Origin: Bacillota bacterium
GTDB taxonomy: Bacteria > Bacillota > Clostridia > Peptostreptococcales > Anaerovoracaceae
Direction: 5' to 3'
DNA: 64,000 nucleotides
Assembly (NCBI GenBank): GCA_017443515.1
Contig: JAFRXM010000024.1
Coordinates: forward strand, 12,031-76,030
Part shown: piece by piece, positions 52,520-59,922 of the stretch
Position numbering within the stretch: the stretch's first letter is position 1
Layout of the letters: each line of letters opens with the position of its first letter
Program-made: the position numbers and the translations under genes
Notes under the pieces: generated by a model
Told to the model about the DNA's origin: nothing
What the model saw: the letters and a program-made list of their open reading frames with translations, nothing else
Databases searched by the model: none

Positions 52520-52694
52520 GCTTTGGCTCGCAGAGCGTTTTGGATGGGTAAACAAAAGCGGCGGCACCTACGAGCTTACGCTGAAAGGCGCCTACCACTA
52601 TCACTACTATGAAAACTTTTATACACTGGCCTACATCGATAAAATGTGGGGCATCATGCGTAGGGAAGCGTTCCCGGAACGTATTAAACTATAA
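52506..52694 (+). CDS. 62-aa ORF, possible gene fragment
   Basis: MYGLELWLAERFGWVNKSGGTYELTLKGAYHYHYYENFYTLAYIDKMW... It overlaps the preceding stop in another frame. An in-frame TGA lies directly upstream, so it is not a simple frameshift continuation. Confidence 0.25.
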   Translation: MYGLELWLAERFGWVNKSGGTYELTLKGAYHYHYYENFYTLAYIDKMWGIMRREAFPERIKL

Positions 52695-52719
52695 AAAACC
52701 GGGGATAACCCCGGTTTCT
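52693..52719. terminator. bidirectional intrinsic terminator
   Basis: AAAAAACCGGGG-ATAA-CCCCGGTTTCT lies between convergent genes. Confidence 0.7.
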
Positions 52720-53455
52720 ATTCTTTCACGAACCAGATCCAGGTTCCGTGGTCTTTGCTGAACACTGCCAGCGCGTTCTCGTACTCGAATCGAAAAATGA
52801 AATGCCCGGTCTGATAGTAATTGGTGTAATCGATGCCGTCAGCCTTGGTGCCGGTGTATTTCTCAAATGTTTCCCAGCTGCCGTCAGCGCCTAAGTACCC
52901 AAGCATATACTCACAATACTCGCCCGAGCCGCTTATCCTGATCCTGCTGCCGGACACAGTTGCCTCAACAGCGCTGCCATTTATAAGCTGCGGATCGTCG
53001 TAGGTATAAATGCTGTATGTCTGGGTCTCGGAACTGATCTCGTAAACAAATGCATCTTCCGGCGCCGCAGGCTCTGACCCGTCAGGGCCATTTACCTTAT
53101 AGAACAGATAGCCGGTAGCCTGCCGCTGATCCATCTCCGTGACCTTATAGTATTCTGTTTCATCCGACGAATCATAAGATACGACATAGGTCCATTTGTA
53201 GGGATCAGCTTCGTACCATTTGGTTTCTATCCTGGTAATATCCTTTATCCGGACGTGCTTTTCATAATCGTTTCCGTATTTTAACCTGGTCTGCTCTGTT
53301 ATCTGGTGCTTCAACTGGCCTGCAAAATCCGCAAGCTTTATACGCTTTGCCTCCGACGAATACACTCTGCCATAGGTAAAGCAAGCATAGAAACCAACAG
53401 CCAGAACGACTATGACCAGAAGAATGATCTTTAGAGTTCTATGCATCCCCATCAC
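52718..53455 (-). CDS. membrane-anchored hypothetical protein
   Basis: 245 aa. It has an N-terminal helix (LKIILLVIVVLAVGFYACF) and no motif that I recognise. Confidence 0.45.
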   Translation of the reverse strand: MMGMHRTLKIILLVIVVLAVGFYACFTYGRVYSSEAKRIKLADFAGQLKHQITEQTRLKYGNDYEKHVRIKDITRIETKWYEADPYKWTYVVSYDSSDETEYYKVTEMDQRQATGYLFYKVNGPDGSEPAAPEDAFVYEISSETQTYSIYTYDDPQLINGSAVEATVSGSRIRISGSGEYCEYMLGYLGADGSWETFEKYTGTKADGIDYTNYYQTGHFIFRFEYENALAVFSKDHGTWIWFVKE

Positions 53456-53473
53456 CCCCTTTTCTGAGGTGCG

Positions 53474-53947
53474 CTACAAAAGCTCCTTTATCTTTGCTTC
53501 TATGCGCTCCGGGGTGACGGTGGAGGCGTAGCGCTCCACGACCTTGCCTTCGCGGTCCAGCAGGAACTTGGTGAAGTTCCACTTGATATTGCTGTTAAGC
53601 ACGCCGCCCTTCTGGCTCTTGAGCCAGGTGTAGAGCGGAGCTTCACCCGGGCCGTTTACCTCTATCTTTGAGAACTGCCTGAAGCTCACGCCGAAGTTGA
53701 TGGCGCAGAATTCCGTGATCTGCGCGTCGGTGCCGGGAGCCTGGTTCCCGAACTGGTTGCAGGGGAAATCCAGGATCTCAAGGCCCTGATCTTTGTACTT
53801 TTCGTAGAGGTCCTCGAGCCCGTTGTACTGCGGGGTAAAGCCGCAGCCGGTGGCGGTGTTGACGATAAGCAGCACCTTGCCCTTATAATCCGCCAGGGAA
53901 ATATCCTGCCCTCCGGCATCCTTCATCGTGAAATCGTATACTGTCAT
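53474..53947 (-). CDS. glutathione peroxidase-family peroxidase
   Basis: LLIVNTATGCGFTPQY...FPCNQFGNQAPG...WNFTKFL. Confidence 0.85.
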   Translation of the reverse strand: MTVYDFTMKDAGGQDISLADYKGKVLLIVNTATGCGFTPQYNGLEDLYEKYKDQGLEILDFPCNQFGNQAPGTDAQITEFCAINFGVSFRQFSKIEVNGPGEAPLYTWLKSQKGGVLNSNIKWNFTKFLLDREGKVVERYASTVTPERIEAKIKELL

Positions 53948-53968
53948 GGTCTTTCCTCCCCGCCCTTG

Positions 53969-54898
53969 CTACGCCTGGCCCGCCGATTCTATATATTTTT
54001 CCGCAGCCACAGCCGCTACCGCGCCGTCGGAGACCGCCGTTACGACCTGCCTTAAGCTCTTTACGCGCACATCGCCCGCGGCAAACACTCCCGGAACGGA
54101 GGTGCGCATCTCGCTGTCAGTTGCGATAAAGCCCCGTTCCATGTCGAGCAGCCCTTCGAACACGGCGGTGTTGGGCTTAAGCCCCACGAACACGAACAGC
54201 CCGAACCTGCCGCTGACCCTTACCCTGCTGCCGTCCGCGACGTTTTTGAGTATCATGGACTGCAGGTAGCCGTCGCCCGACATAGACTCTACGGTGGTGT
54301 TCCACTTGAAGGCTATCTTGCTGTTGGCGAAGGCTTTTTCCTGGATGGACTTTGCCGCCCTGAGAGAATCGCGCCTGTGTATGATAGTGACTTTTGAAGC
54401 GAACTTCGTAAGGTAGATCGCCTCCTCCACCGCAGCGTCGCCGCCGCCCACCACGTATACCGGAAGGCCTTCGAAGAACGGACCGTCGCAGGTGGCGCAG
54501 TAGGAAACGCCGGCCCCCGCAAGCTCTTCTTCGCCGGGGCAGCCTATCTTAGCCTGGTGCGTGCCGGTTGCTATGATAACAGCCTTTGCCTTGTATTCCG
54601 CGCTTCCGCAGCGGATGACCTTAGGATCCTGGTCCAGGACGAAGGAATCTGCGCTGCCTTTGGCAAATTCGGCACCGAAACTTCTGGCCTGCTCCGCCAT
54701 CCTGCCGGTAAGGGCGTGCCCGGACTCCTCAGGGAAGGACCCGGGGTAATTTGCTATCTCGGAGGTGGTGAGTATCTGGCCGCCTTCAGTGTCGGCCTCA
54801 AGCACCAGGGTCTTAAGCTTTGCCCGCCCTGCGTACAGTGCTGCAGAAAGCCCCGCGGGGCCTGCTCCTATTATAACAACGTCGTAAATGGTATCCAT
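53969..54898 (-). CDS. trxB: thioredoxin-disulfide reductase
   Basis: DVVIIGAGPAGLSAALYAGR...CATCDGPFF...VVGGGDAAVEEA...FAAGDV. Confidence 0.9.
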   Translation of the reverse strand: MDTIYDVVIIGAGPAGLSAALYAGRAKLKTLVLEADTEGGQILTTSEIANYPGSFPEESGHALTGRMAEQARSFGAEFAKGSADSFVLDQDPKVIRCGSAEYKAKAVIIATGTHQAKIGCPGEEELAGAGVSYCATCDGPFFEGLPVYVVGGGDAAVEEAIYLTKFASKVTIIHRRDSLRAAKSIQEKAFANSKIAFKWNTTVESMSGDGYLQSMILKNVADGSRVRVSGRFGLFVFVGLKPNTAVFEGLLDMERGFIATDSEMRTSVPGVFAAGDVRVKSLRQVVTAVSDGAVAAVAAEKYIESAGQA

Positions 54899-55055
54899 AT
54901 GCGGCTCCTTTAAACTTATTTTTTATTATACTACCTGAAAGCCCCCTGTTCAAACAGTTATGCTCTGTATATCAACAAGTTGTTTCCGCGGCGGAAAAGA
55001 TGTATACTATACGCGACGGCATAAACTGTTCAATTAAGAAACGGAGATAATAGAA

Positions 55056-56168
55056 ATGGAAGAAACAAGACCCTTTTTAGACTGGAAACTGGCGCACGAT
55101 TTTATGGTCGATGTATTCGTAAAGTACGGCGTACCCAGAGAAGACGCGGAGATCTGCACGGACGTTCTTCTTGAGAGCGACCGCCGCGGCATCGAGAGCC
55201 ACGGATGCAACCGCTTCAAGCCGATCTACCTGGACCGCATAAAGAAAGGCACGCTGCTGCCTGTCACCAAGATCGACATCGTAAAGGAGACCCCGACGAC
55301 TGTCGTCATGGACGCCAACAACGGCATGGGCATGGTAGCAAGCTATAAGATGATGGAGATGCTGATCGAGAAGGCAAAGACCTACGGCATGGCCGGCGGC
55401 ACCATCATGAACTCCACCCACTACGGCATAGCCGGCTATTGGACCACGATGGCTGAAAAGGCCGGAATGATAGGCATCAGCGGCACCAACGCAAGGCCTT
55501 CTGTTGCGCCTACGTTCGGCGTAGAGCCCATGATGGGGACCAACCCGATGACGTTTACGATGCCCACCGACGAGCCTTTCCCGTTCAACCTGGACTGCGC
55601 GACCTGCATAGTGCAAAACGGCAAGATAGAATTCTACGCAAGGCAGGGAAAACCCACGCCCGAAGGCTGCGTAATAAGCGAGACCGGCGAGACCATGACC
55701 GAATCCGCCAAGATACTTAAGGATATGCGCGCAGGACACGCCGCGCTGCTGCCGCTTGGCGGCCCCGGCGAGGACACCGCAGGCTACAAGGGCTACGGAT
55801 ACACCACGGTAGTCGAGATCCTTTCCGCCGCTCTGGCAGGAGGCCCGTTCCTTAAGGCTCTGTCCGGCGTAGCCGAAGACGGAAGCCCGCAGATGTACAG
55901 GCTGGGACACTTCTTCTTCGTCATCAACCCCGAGTTCTTCATGGGGCTTGATACATTCAAAAAGACCGCCGGCGAGATCTGCCGCGGCCTTAGGAACTCG
56001 AAGAAGGCGCCGGGAGCCGAGCGCATCTACACCGCAGGCGAGAAGGCCTACGAGAACTGGCAGTTCCGCAAGGACAAGGGCGTGCCCGTCGGCGAAGCCA
56101 TCCAGAAGGAATTCATCCAGCTGCGCGACGAATGCGGCCTCACCCAGTATCACTTCCCGTTCGAATAA
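55056..56168 (+). CDS. Ldh2-family (malate/L-lactate/ureidoglycolate dehydrogenase-type) oxidoreductase
   Basis: 370 aa: ESDRRGIESHGCNRF...GTNPMTF..P...ALLPLGG...GYKGYG. Confidence 0.7.
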   Translation: MEETRPFLDWKLAHDFMVDVFVKYGVPREDAEICTDVLLESDRRGIESHGCNRFKPIYLDRIKKGTLLPVTKIDIVKETPTTVVMDANNGMGMVASYKMMEMLIEKAKTYGMAGGTIMNSTHYGIAGYWTTMAEKAGMIGISGTNARPSVAPTFGVEPMMGTNPMTFTMPTDEPFPFNLDCATCIVQNGKIEFYARQGKPTPEGCVISETGETMTESAKILKDMRAGHAALLPLGGPGEDTAGYKGYGYTTVVEILSAALAGGPFLKALSGVAEDGSPQMYRLGHFFFVINPEFFMGLDTFKKTAGEICRGLRNSKKAPGAERIYTAGEKAYENWQFRKDKGVPVGEAIQKEFIQLRDECGLTQYHFPFE

Positions 56169-56177
56169 AAAAAATAT

Positions 56178-56204
56178 GGTGGAGAGGGACGGTTCCTCTC
56201 CACC
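56178..56204 (+). repeat. loop-conserved hairpin repeat, GGTGGAG-stem class (copy K), terminator-like
   Basis: GGTGGAGAG-GGACGGTTC-CTCTCCACC has a 9-bp stem flanked by an A-tract and TTTTTTATT. It lies 9 nt after the plus-strand gene's stop and 4 nt after the minus-strand gene's stop. Confidence 0.9.
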
Positions 56205-56208
56205 TTTT

Positions 56209-57150
56209 TTATTCTGCCATCAAGTGCATGGCGCGAAGCTGCGGGTCGGCGATGCGGCTCTGCACTTCCTCCGCGTGCTGCAAAAGAAAATCTGAAGGGG
56301 AGGCCGAAAGGCCTTCCTTTTTCAGTTCGGCTATCACATCGGCGCTGATGGATTCGATGATGTCCACCTTCTCGTGGAAGGACGCCGGCGCGCAATCTTT
56401 AGCGTCCGAAAGAAGCTCTATCTGCGGAGCGATCTTTCCGCCAAGGACCGGCAGCTGCTTCATGGCCCTGTGAGCCCACTTGTAGTACGGACGGTAGCGC
56501 TTGTTCAGCAGGAACACTATAGCCTGCACGTGGTCCACGAACTCGGCGCAGGCAAGGAACGCCGCCACGAACTCGCCGCGGTGCGCGCACCTTGCGTAGT
56601 TGTACTGCCCGGACTGAGCCGCCATAGCGCAGCGCATCGCAAGCTTTTTGAGGCGCAGGTCCTCGGGATAAAATGCCAGAAGCCCCTCGCGGATGTCCGA
56701 GAACTCCTTGTTGTTGTTGAGGAACAGCTCGCCGTTGGTGGCCACGGCAAAGCCCTTTTCCGCCGCGCAGCGCCATTCGAAAATGCTCTGTGGAACCCGG
56801 TCGAAGCCGGTGTACCTGGCGTAGAAACTGCCGCTGCTCATGACGCCTACGCGCCCGCCGGTCTGGGCCGACACGTTGAGCCTGCGAAAGCCCATGTAGC
56901 TTTCCGGAAGCACGTTGTATATGCCAGAAGCCAGCCCGCCGAACTCCTGCATGTCGGCGTCGGTGAGCCACACGCAAAAGCCCGGGCCCCAGTCGTGGTC
57001 GCGGGATATCTCGTCGTCAAAGCCGTAGCACTCCGAGCCTTCGCCGACAAGGCCAACCGTGGCCTTTTCAAGCACCTGCGGGCAGCTCTTCTCGAAGGCC
57101 GGGCGGCCCACTTCTTCCCAGTATTTCCTTGAAAGTTCAAGTCCCTTCAT
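56209..57150 (-). CDS. nucleotidyltransferase-fold protein (DUF4037-like)
   Basis: Pol-beta-type motif: GLVGEGSECYGFDDEISRDHDWG. The C-terminal half is helical. The DUF assignment is from memory. Confidence 0.45.
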   Translation of the reverse strand: MKGLELSRKYWEEVGRPAFEKSCPQVLEKATVGLVGEGSECYGFDDEISRDHDWGPGFCVWLTDADMQEFGGLASGIYNVLPESYMGFRRLNVSAQTGGRVGVMSSGSFYARYTGFDRVPQSIFEWRCAAEKGFAVATNGELFLNNNKEFSDIREGLLAFYPEDLRLKKLAMRCAMAAQSGQYNYARCAHRGEFVAAFLACAEFVDHVQAIVFLLNKRYRPYYKWAHRAMKQLPVLGGKIAPQIELLSDAKDCAPASFHEKVDIIESISADVIAELKKEGLSASPSDFLLQHAEEVQSRIADPQLRAMHLMAE

Positions 57151-57164
57151 TTCAGTTCCTTTCT

Positions 57165-57190
57165 GTGACAGAGAACCGTCCCCCTGTCAT
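57165..57190 (-). repeat. loop-conserved hairpin repeat, GTGACAG-stem class (copy L)
   Basis: GTGACAG-AGAACCGTCCCC-CTGTCAT. The TPR gene's stop (57187-57189) is the TGA of the stem. Confidence 0.9.
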
Positions 57191-57993
57191 ATCTTTGATT
57201 CTGCTTCTTTGAGGTTGCGGGCTGTGGCGACGTACTCGCGGTGCTCTTTGTTGTAGTAGCGCTCGCAGTATACCAGAGCCGAGCGGAACCAGTCCGCGGC
57301 TTCTTTAAACCTTCCGGTAGCCATGCAAACAAGCCCCAGGCTGTTCAGGATCGCGTGGTAGTGCGGCGTGAACGTGTCGCAGAGCCTGTTCTCGTAGACG
57401 TCCTTTGCCTCAAGCAGGTTCTTCTCGGCGTCTTCGTAGCGCTCAAGCTGCCTGTAGAGCTCTGCGGTATTCGTAAGCGAAGTAGCGTACTCGTCAAGGT
57501 GCTCCGGAAGCTCCGCCAAAATGTCCGAAGCCTCTTTAAGGTACGCCGCTGCTCTGTCTGTCTGACCCTTATCCAGCGCCACGAGCGCCACGTTGTTGAG
57601 CCCCGCCGAATACAGTATGTGATGCCGTCCCACGGTGTTCTCGTAGATCCTGAGGCACTCCGCGAAGCCCTCCTCAGCCTTGTCGAACTCGCGCATCTGG
57701 CGGTAAGACCCGGCGCGGTTGTTCACGCAGGTAGCGTAGTCCGGAGACATCGGCCCGTTCAGAGCCTTAAGGATCTCCGCCGCCTTAGTAAAACACGCCA
57801 CGGACTCGTCGTACCTTGTAAGCCCGCGGTAAAACCCGCCCAGCTCCGAAAGCATCGAAGCGTAGATGGCACTGCCCTCCCCTTCGTTTTCCTTCGCAAG
57901 CTCGCAGGCACGCTTTATCTCGGACTCTATGATCTGGTTGTCCTCCGTCCCGTAGGACTTATCCACTATGCTGAAATAATCCCTGATATCCAT
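57187..57993 (-). CDS. tetratricopeptide-repeat protein
   Basis: 268 aa. It has repeated about 40-aa A/Y/L-rich helical pairs (e.g. ATCVNNRAGSYRQMREFDKAEEGFAECLRIYE). Confidence 0.6.
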   Translation of the reverse strand: MDIRDYFSIVDKSYGTEDNQIIESEIKRACELAKENEGEGSAIYASMLSELGGFYRGLTRYDESVACFTKAAEILKALNGPMSPDYATCVNNRAGSYRQMREFDKAEEGFAECLRIYENTVGRHHILYSAGLNNVALVALDKGQTDRAAAYLKEASDILAELPEHLDEYATSLTNTAELYRQLERYEDAEKNLLEAKDVYENRLCDTFTPHYHAILNSLGLVCMATGRFKEAADWFRSALVYCERYYNKEHREYVATARNLKEAESKI

Positions 57994-58061
57994 AGCTGAC
58001 CTCGTATATATTGTCCAAAAAAATCAATCGGTATCATCCTCTTTTTGTACATTCTATCATT

Positions 58062-58089
58062 TTACAATTCGCTCCTCAACTGATATAAT
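58062..58089 (+). promoter_or_regulatory. candidate promoter of the activase gene
   Basis: TTACAA (58062-58067), a 16-nt spacer, then TATAAT (58084-58089). Confidence 0.4.
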
Positions 58090-58129
58090 CATAATGCAAA
58101 GTGGTTTTTTAAGTGACTAAGGAGAGAAT

Positions 58130-59080
58130 ATGAGTTTCGAAGTAAATTACGATGTTACCTGTCCGGTATTCAACATCCAGACCTACAGCATTCACGACGG
58201 CCCCGGCATCCGCACAACAGTCTTCGTAAAAGGCTGCCCGCTGCGCTGCCTGTGGTGCGCAAACCCCGAATCCAACCTGGCAAAGCCTCAGCTTATGACT
58301 TACTCCAGCAAGTGCACAGGCTGCGGACAGTGCCTGCCCAAGTGCCCCAAGGGCGCCATCTCCATAGGCCCCTACGGCGAAGGCGAGAGCCTCAAATATA
58401 TCGCTATCACAGACCGCACCAAGTGCGTGGACTGCGGCGCCTGCGTAAAGGTCTGCCCGGCTGAAGCCCGCGAGATCGCAGGAAAGACCATGACAGTCCG
58501 CGAAGTCATCGATAAAGTCAAGAAGGACAAGCTCTTCTACGACGGTTCCGGCGGCGGCATGACGGTCTCCGGCGGCGAGCCTCTTGCTCACCCGGATTTC
58601 GTGGCCAACCTCATGGCAGCGGCTCACGCAGAAGGCATCACCACCTGCATCGAGACCAGTTCGTTCGGATCCCGCGAGGCAGTCGACAAGATCTACCCGC
58701 ACGTAGACCTGGCCCTTCTGGACGTAAAGCACATGGACAACACCACCCACGAAAAGCTCACCGGCGTGCCCAACACCTACATCCTTGAGAACATCAGGCA
58801 CATCGCGCTGGATCTTAAGGTGCCCGTCATCATCCGCGTCCCGACCATGCCCGGCTATAACGACAGCCCGGAGAACATAATCGCGACAGCCAAGTTTGCC
58901 CAGACCCTGGGCGATAACGTCCTGGTGAACCTGCTGCCCGCCCACAAGCTCGGCGAAAGCAAGAACGAGAGCCTCGGCATCGCAAACAGGTGCACCATCA
59001 CAGTGCCAACCGACGAATACATGCAGAGCCTCAAGAAGCTGGTGGAAGAAGCCGGCTCCCCCTGCAAGATCGGCGGCTAA
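58130..59080 (+). CDS. glycyl-radical enzyme activating protein (long, two-ferredoxin-motif type)
   Basis: IHDGPGIRTTVFVKGCPLRCLWCANPE, plus CTGCGQCLPKCP and CVDCGACVKVCP, plus VSGGEPL. Confidence 0.85.
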   Translation: MSFEVNYDVTCPVFNIQTYSIHDGPGIRTTVFVKGCPLRCLWCANPESNLAKPQLMTYSSKCTGCGQCLPKCPKGAISIGPYGEGESLKYIAITDRTKCVDCGACVKVCPAEAREIAGKTMTVREVIDKVKKDKLFYDGSGGGMTVSGGEPLAHPDFVANLMAAAHAEGITTCIETSSFGSREAVDKIYPHVDLALLDVKHMDNTTHEKLTGVPNTYILENIRHIALDLKVPVIIRVPTMPGYNDSPENIIATAKFAQTLGDNVLVNLLPAHKLGESKNESLGIANRCTITVPTDEYMQSLKKLVEEAGSPCKIGG

Positions 59081-59125
59081 GCCCGGACTAAAAAGCCTCC
59101 GGCTCAACTGAAAGGAGAACAGACA

Positions 59126-59809
59126 ATGGATAAGAAAGCTTTAATAGAAGAGATCGTAAAGAAAGAATGGCCGATGTTCCACAACGTCAACGGCGAAGAC
59201 CGCGTAGACTGCCAGGAAGACCCGACCACCTTCTACAACATGCGCACAGCCCAGTTCGATGTCTGGAACGAAGACGCGCTCGAAAGCTACAACAAGGATC
59301 TTGACGCCGCCATCGAGGCAGGCCGCAGCCTTGTAAAGGAAAAGTACATCTGGATGATGGAACACACCGATCCTAAGGGCTTTGAGGCATTCAAGGGCCT
59401 CCTGCCGGAAGTTTCCGAAAAGACGAACGCTCTCGTGGCCGACATCTGGAAGATCATGCTTGAGCAGACCGAAGAGCTCCGCAAGACCTACCCGCTTCTG
59501 GCTCTGGGCGGTCGCCCGCTGCACGCTTCCGAAGAGAAGGAATGGGCCTCCATCGAGACCTACCAGACCAGCGAGCTGCGCACCTTCTCCGAAGCCACAC
59601 TGGAAAAGCTCCTCGCCCACATCAAGGCCATGAAGGAAGCCGGAGAAGACTTCGTCTACAAGATCCAGGAAAACTCCGTCACCTGCCTTGGCTACAAGGA
59701 CATGAAGGAAGCTGAGATCGCCATGATGGGCCAGCTCATGAACGAGATGGGCATCACCGTCGAGGCCGACTGCCCCTCCTGCATGAAGGGATTCGACGAC
59801 GCAGAATAA
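59126..59809 (+). CDS. DUF4125-like protein, function unknown
   Basis: 227 aa, acidic and helical. MDKKALIEEIVKKEWPMFHNVNGEDRVDCQEDPTTF... The family is assigned from memory. Confidence 0.4.
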   Translation: MDKKALIEEIVKKEWPMFHNVNGEDRVDCQEDPTTFYNMRTAQFDVWNEDALESYNKDLDAAIEAGRSLVKEKYIWMMEHTDPKGFEAFKGLLPEVSEKTNALVADIWKIMLEQTEELRKTYPLLALGGRPLHASEEKEWASIETYQTSELRTFSEATLEKLLAHIKAMKEAGEDFVYKIQENSVTCLGYKDMKEAEIAMMGQLMNEMGITVEADCPSCMKGFDDAE

Positions 59810-59810
59810 C

Positions 59811-59837
59811 GGTGGAGAGGGACGGTTCTCCTCCACC
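59811..59837 (+). repeat. loop-conserved hairpin repeat, GGTGGAG-stem class (copy M)
   Basis: GGTGGAGAGGGACGGTTCTCCTCCACC. It starts 1 nt after the stop of the plus-strand gene. Confidence 0.9.
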
Positions 59838-59859
59838 AAACATCCAATCATACCAAATC

Positions 59860-59892
59860 AAAATGGCTCGGATCCTTGTCCGGGCCATTTTT
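59860..59892. terminator. bidirectional intrinsic terminator bracketed by repeats M and N
   Basis: AAAATGGCTCGGA-TCCTTG-TCCGGGCCATTTTT. Confidence 0.65.
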
Positions 59893-59919
59893 GGTGGAGG
59901 AGAACCGTCCCTCTCCACC
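59893..59919 (-). repeat. loop-conserved hairpin repeat, GGTGGAG-stem class (copy N)
   Basis: GGTGGAGGAGAACCGTCCCTCTCCACC. It is the exact reverse complement of M. It ends 3 nt before the stop of the minus-strand gene. Confidence 0.9.
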
Positions 59920-59922
59920 GCC

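Noticed and set aside
54940-55040. Repeated CTGTTCAAACAG / AAACTGTTCAA motifs in the trxB/Ldh2 divergent region could be a redox-regulator (Rex/PerR-type) site.
   Set aside because: The arms are short and imperfect. They do not match the Rex (TTGTGAA-N4-TTCACAA) or PerR (TTATAAT-N-ATTATAA) consensus that I know.
7544-59919. The repeated 25-27-mers could be a CRISPR array or tRNA-like sequences, since the loop contains GGTTC.
   Set aside because: The copies are scattered over 52 kb with irregular spacing and mixed orientation, and no cas genes are present. There is no cloverleaf context or acceptor stem around the GGTTC.
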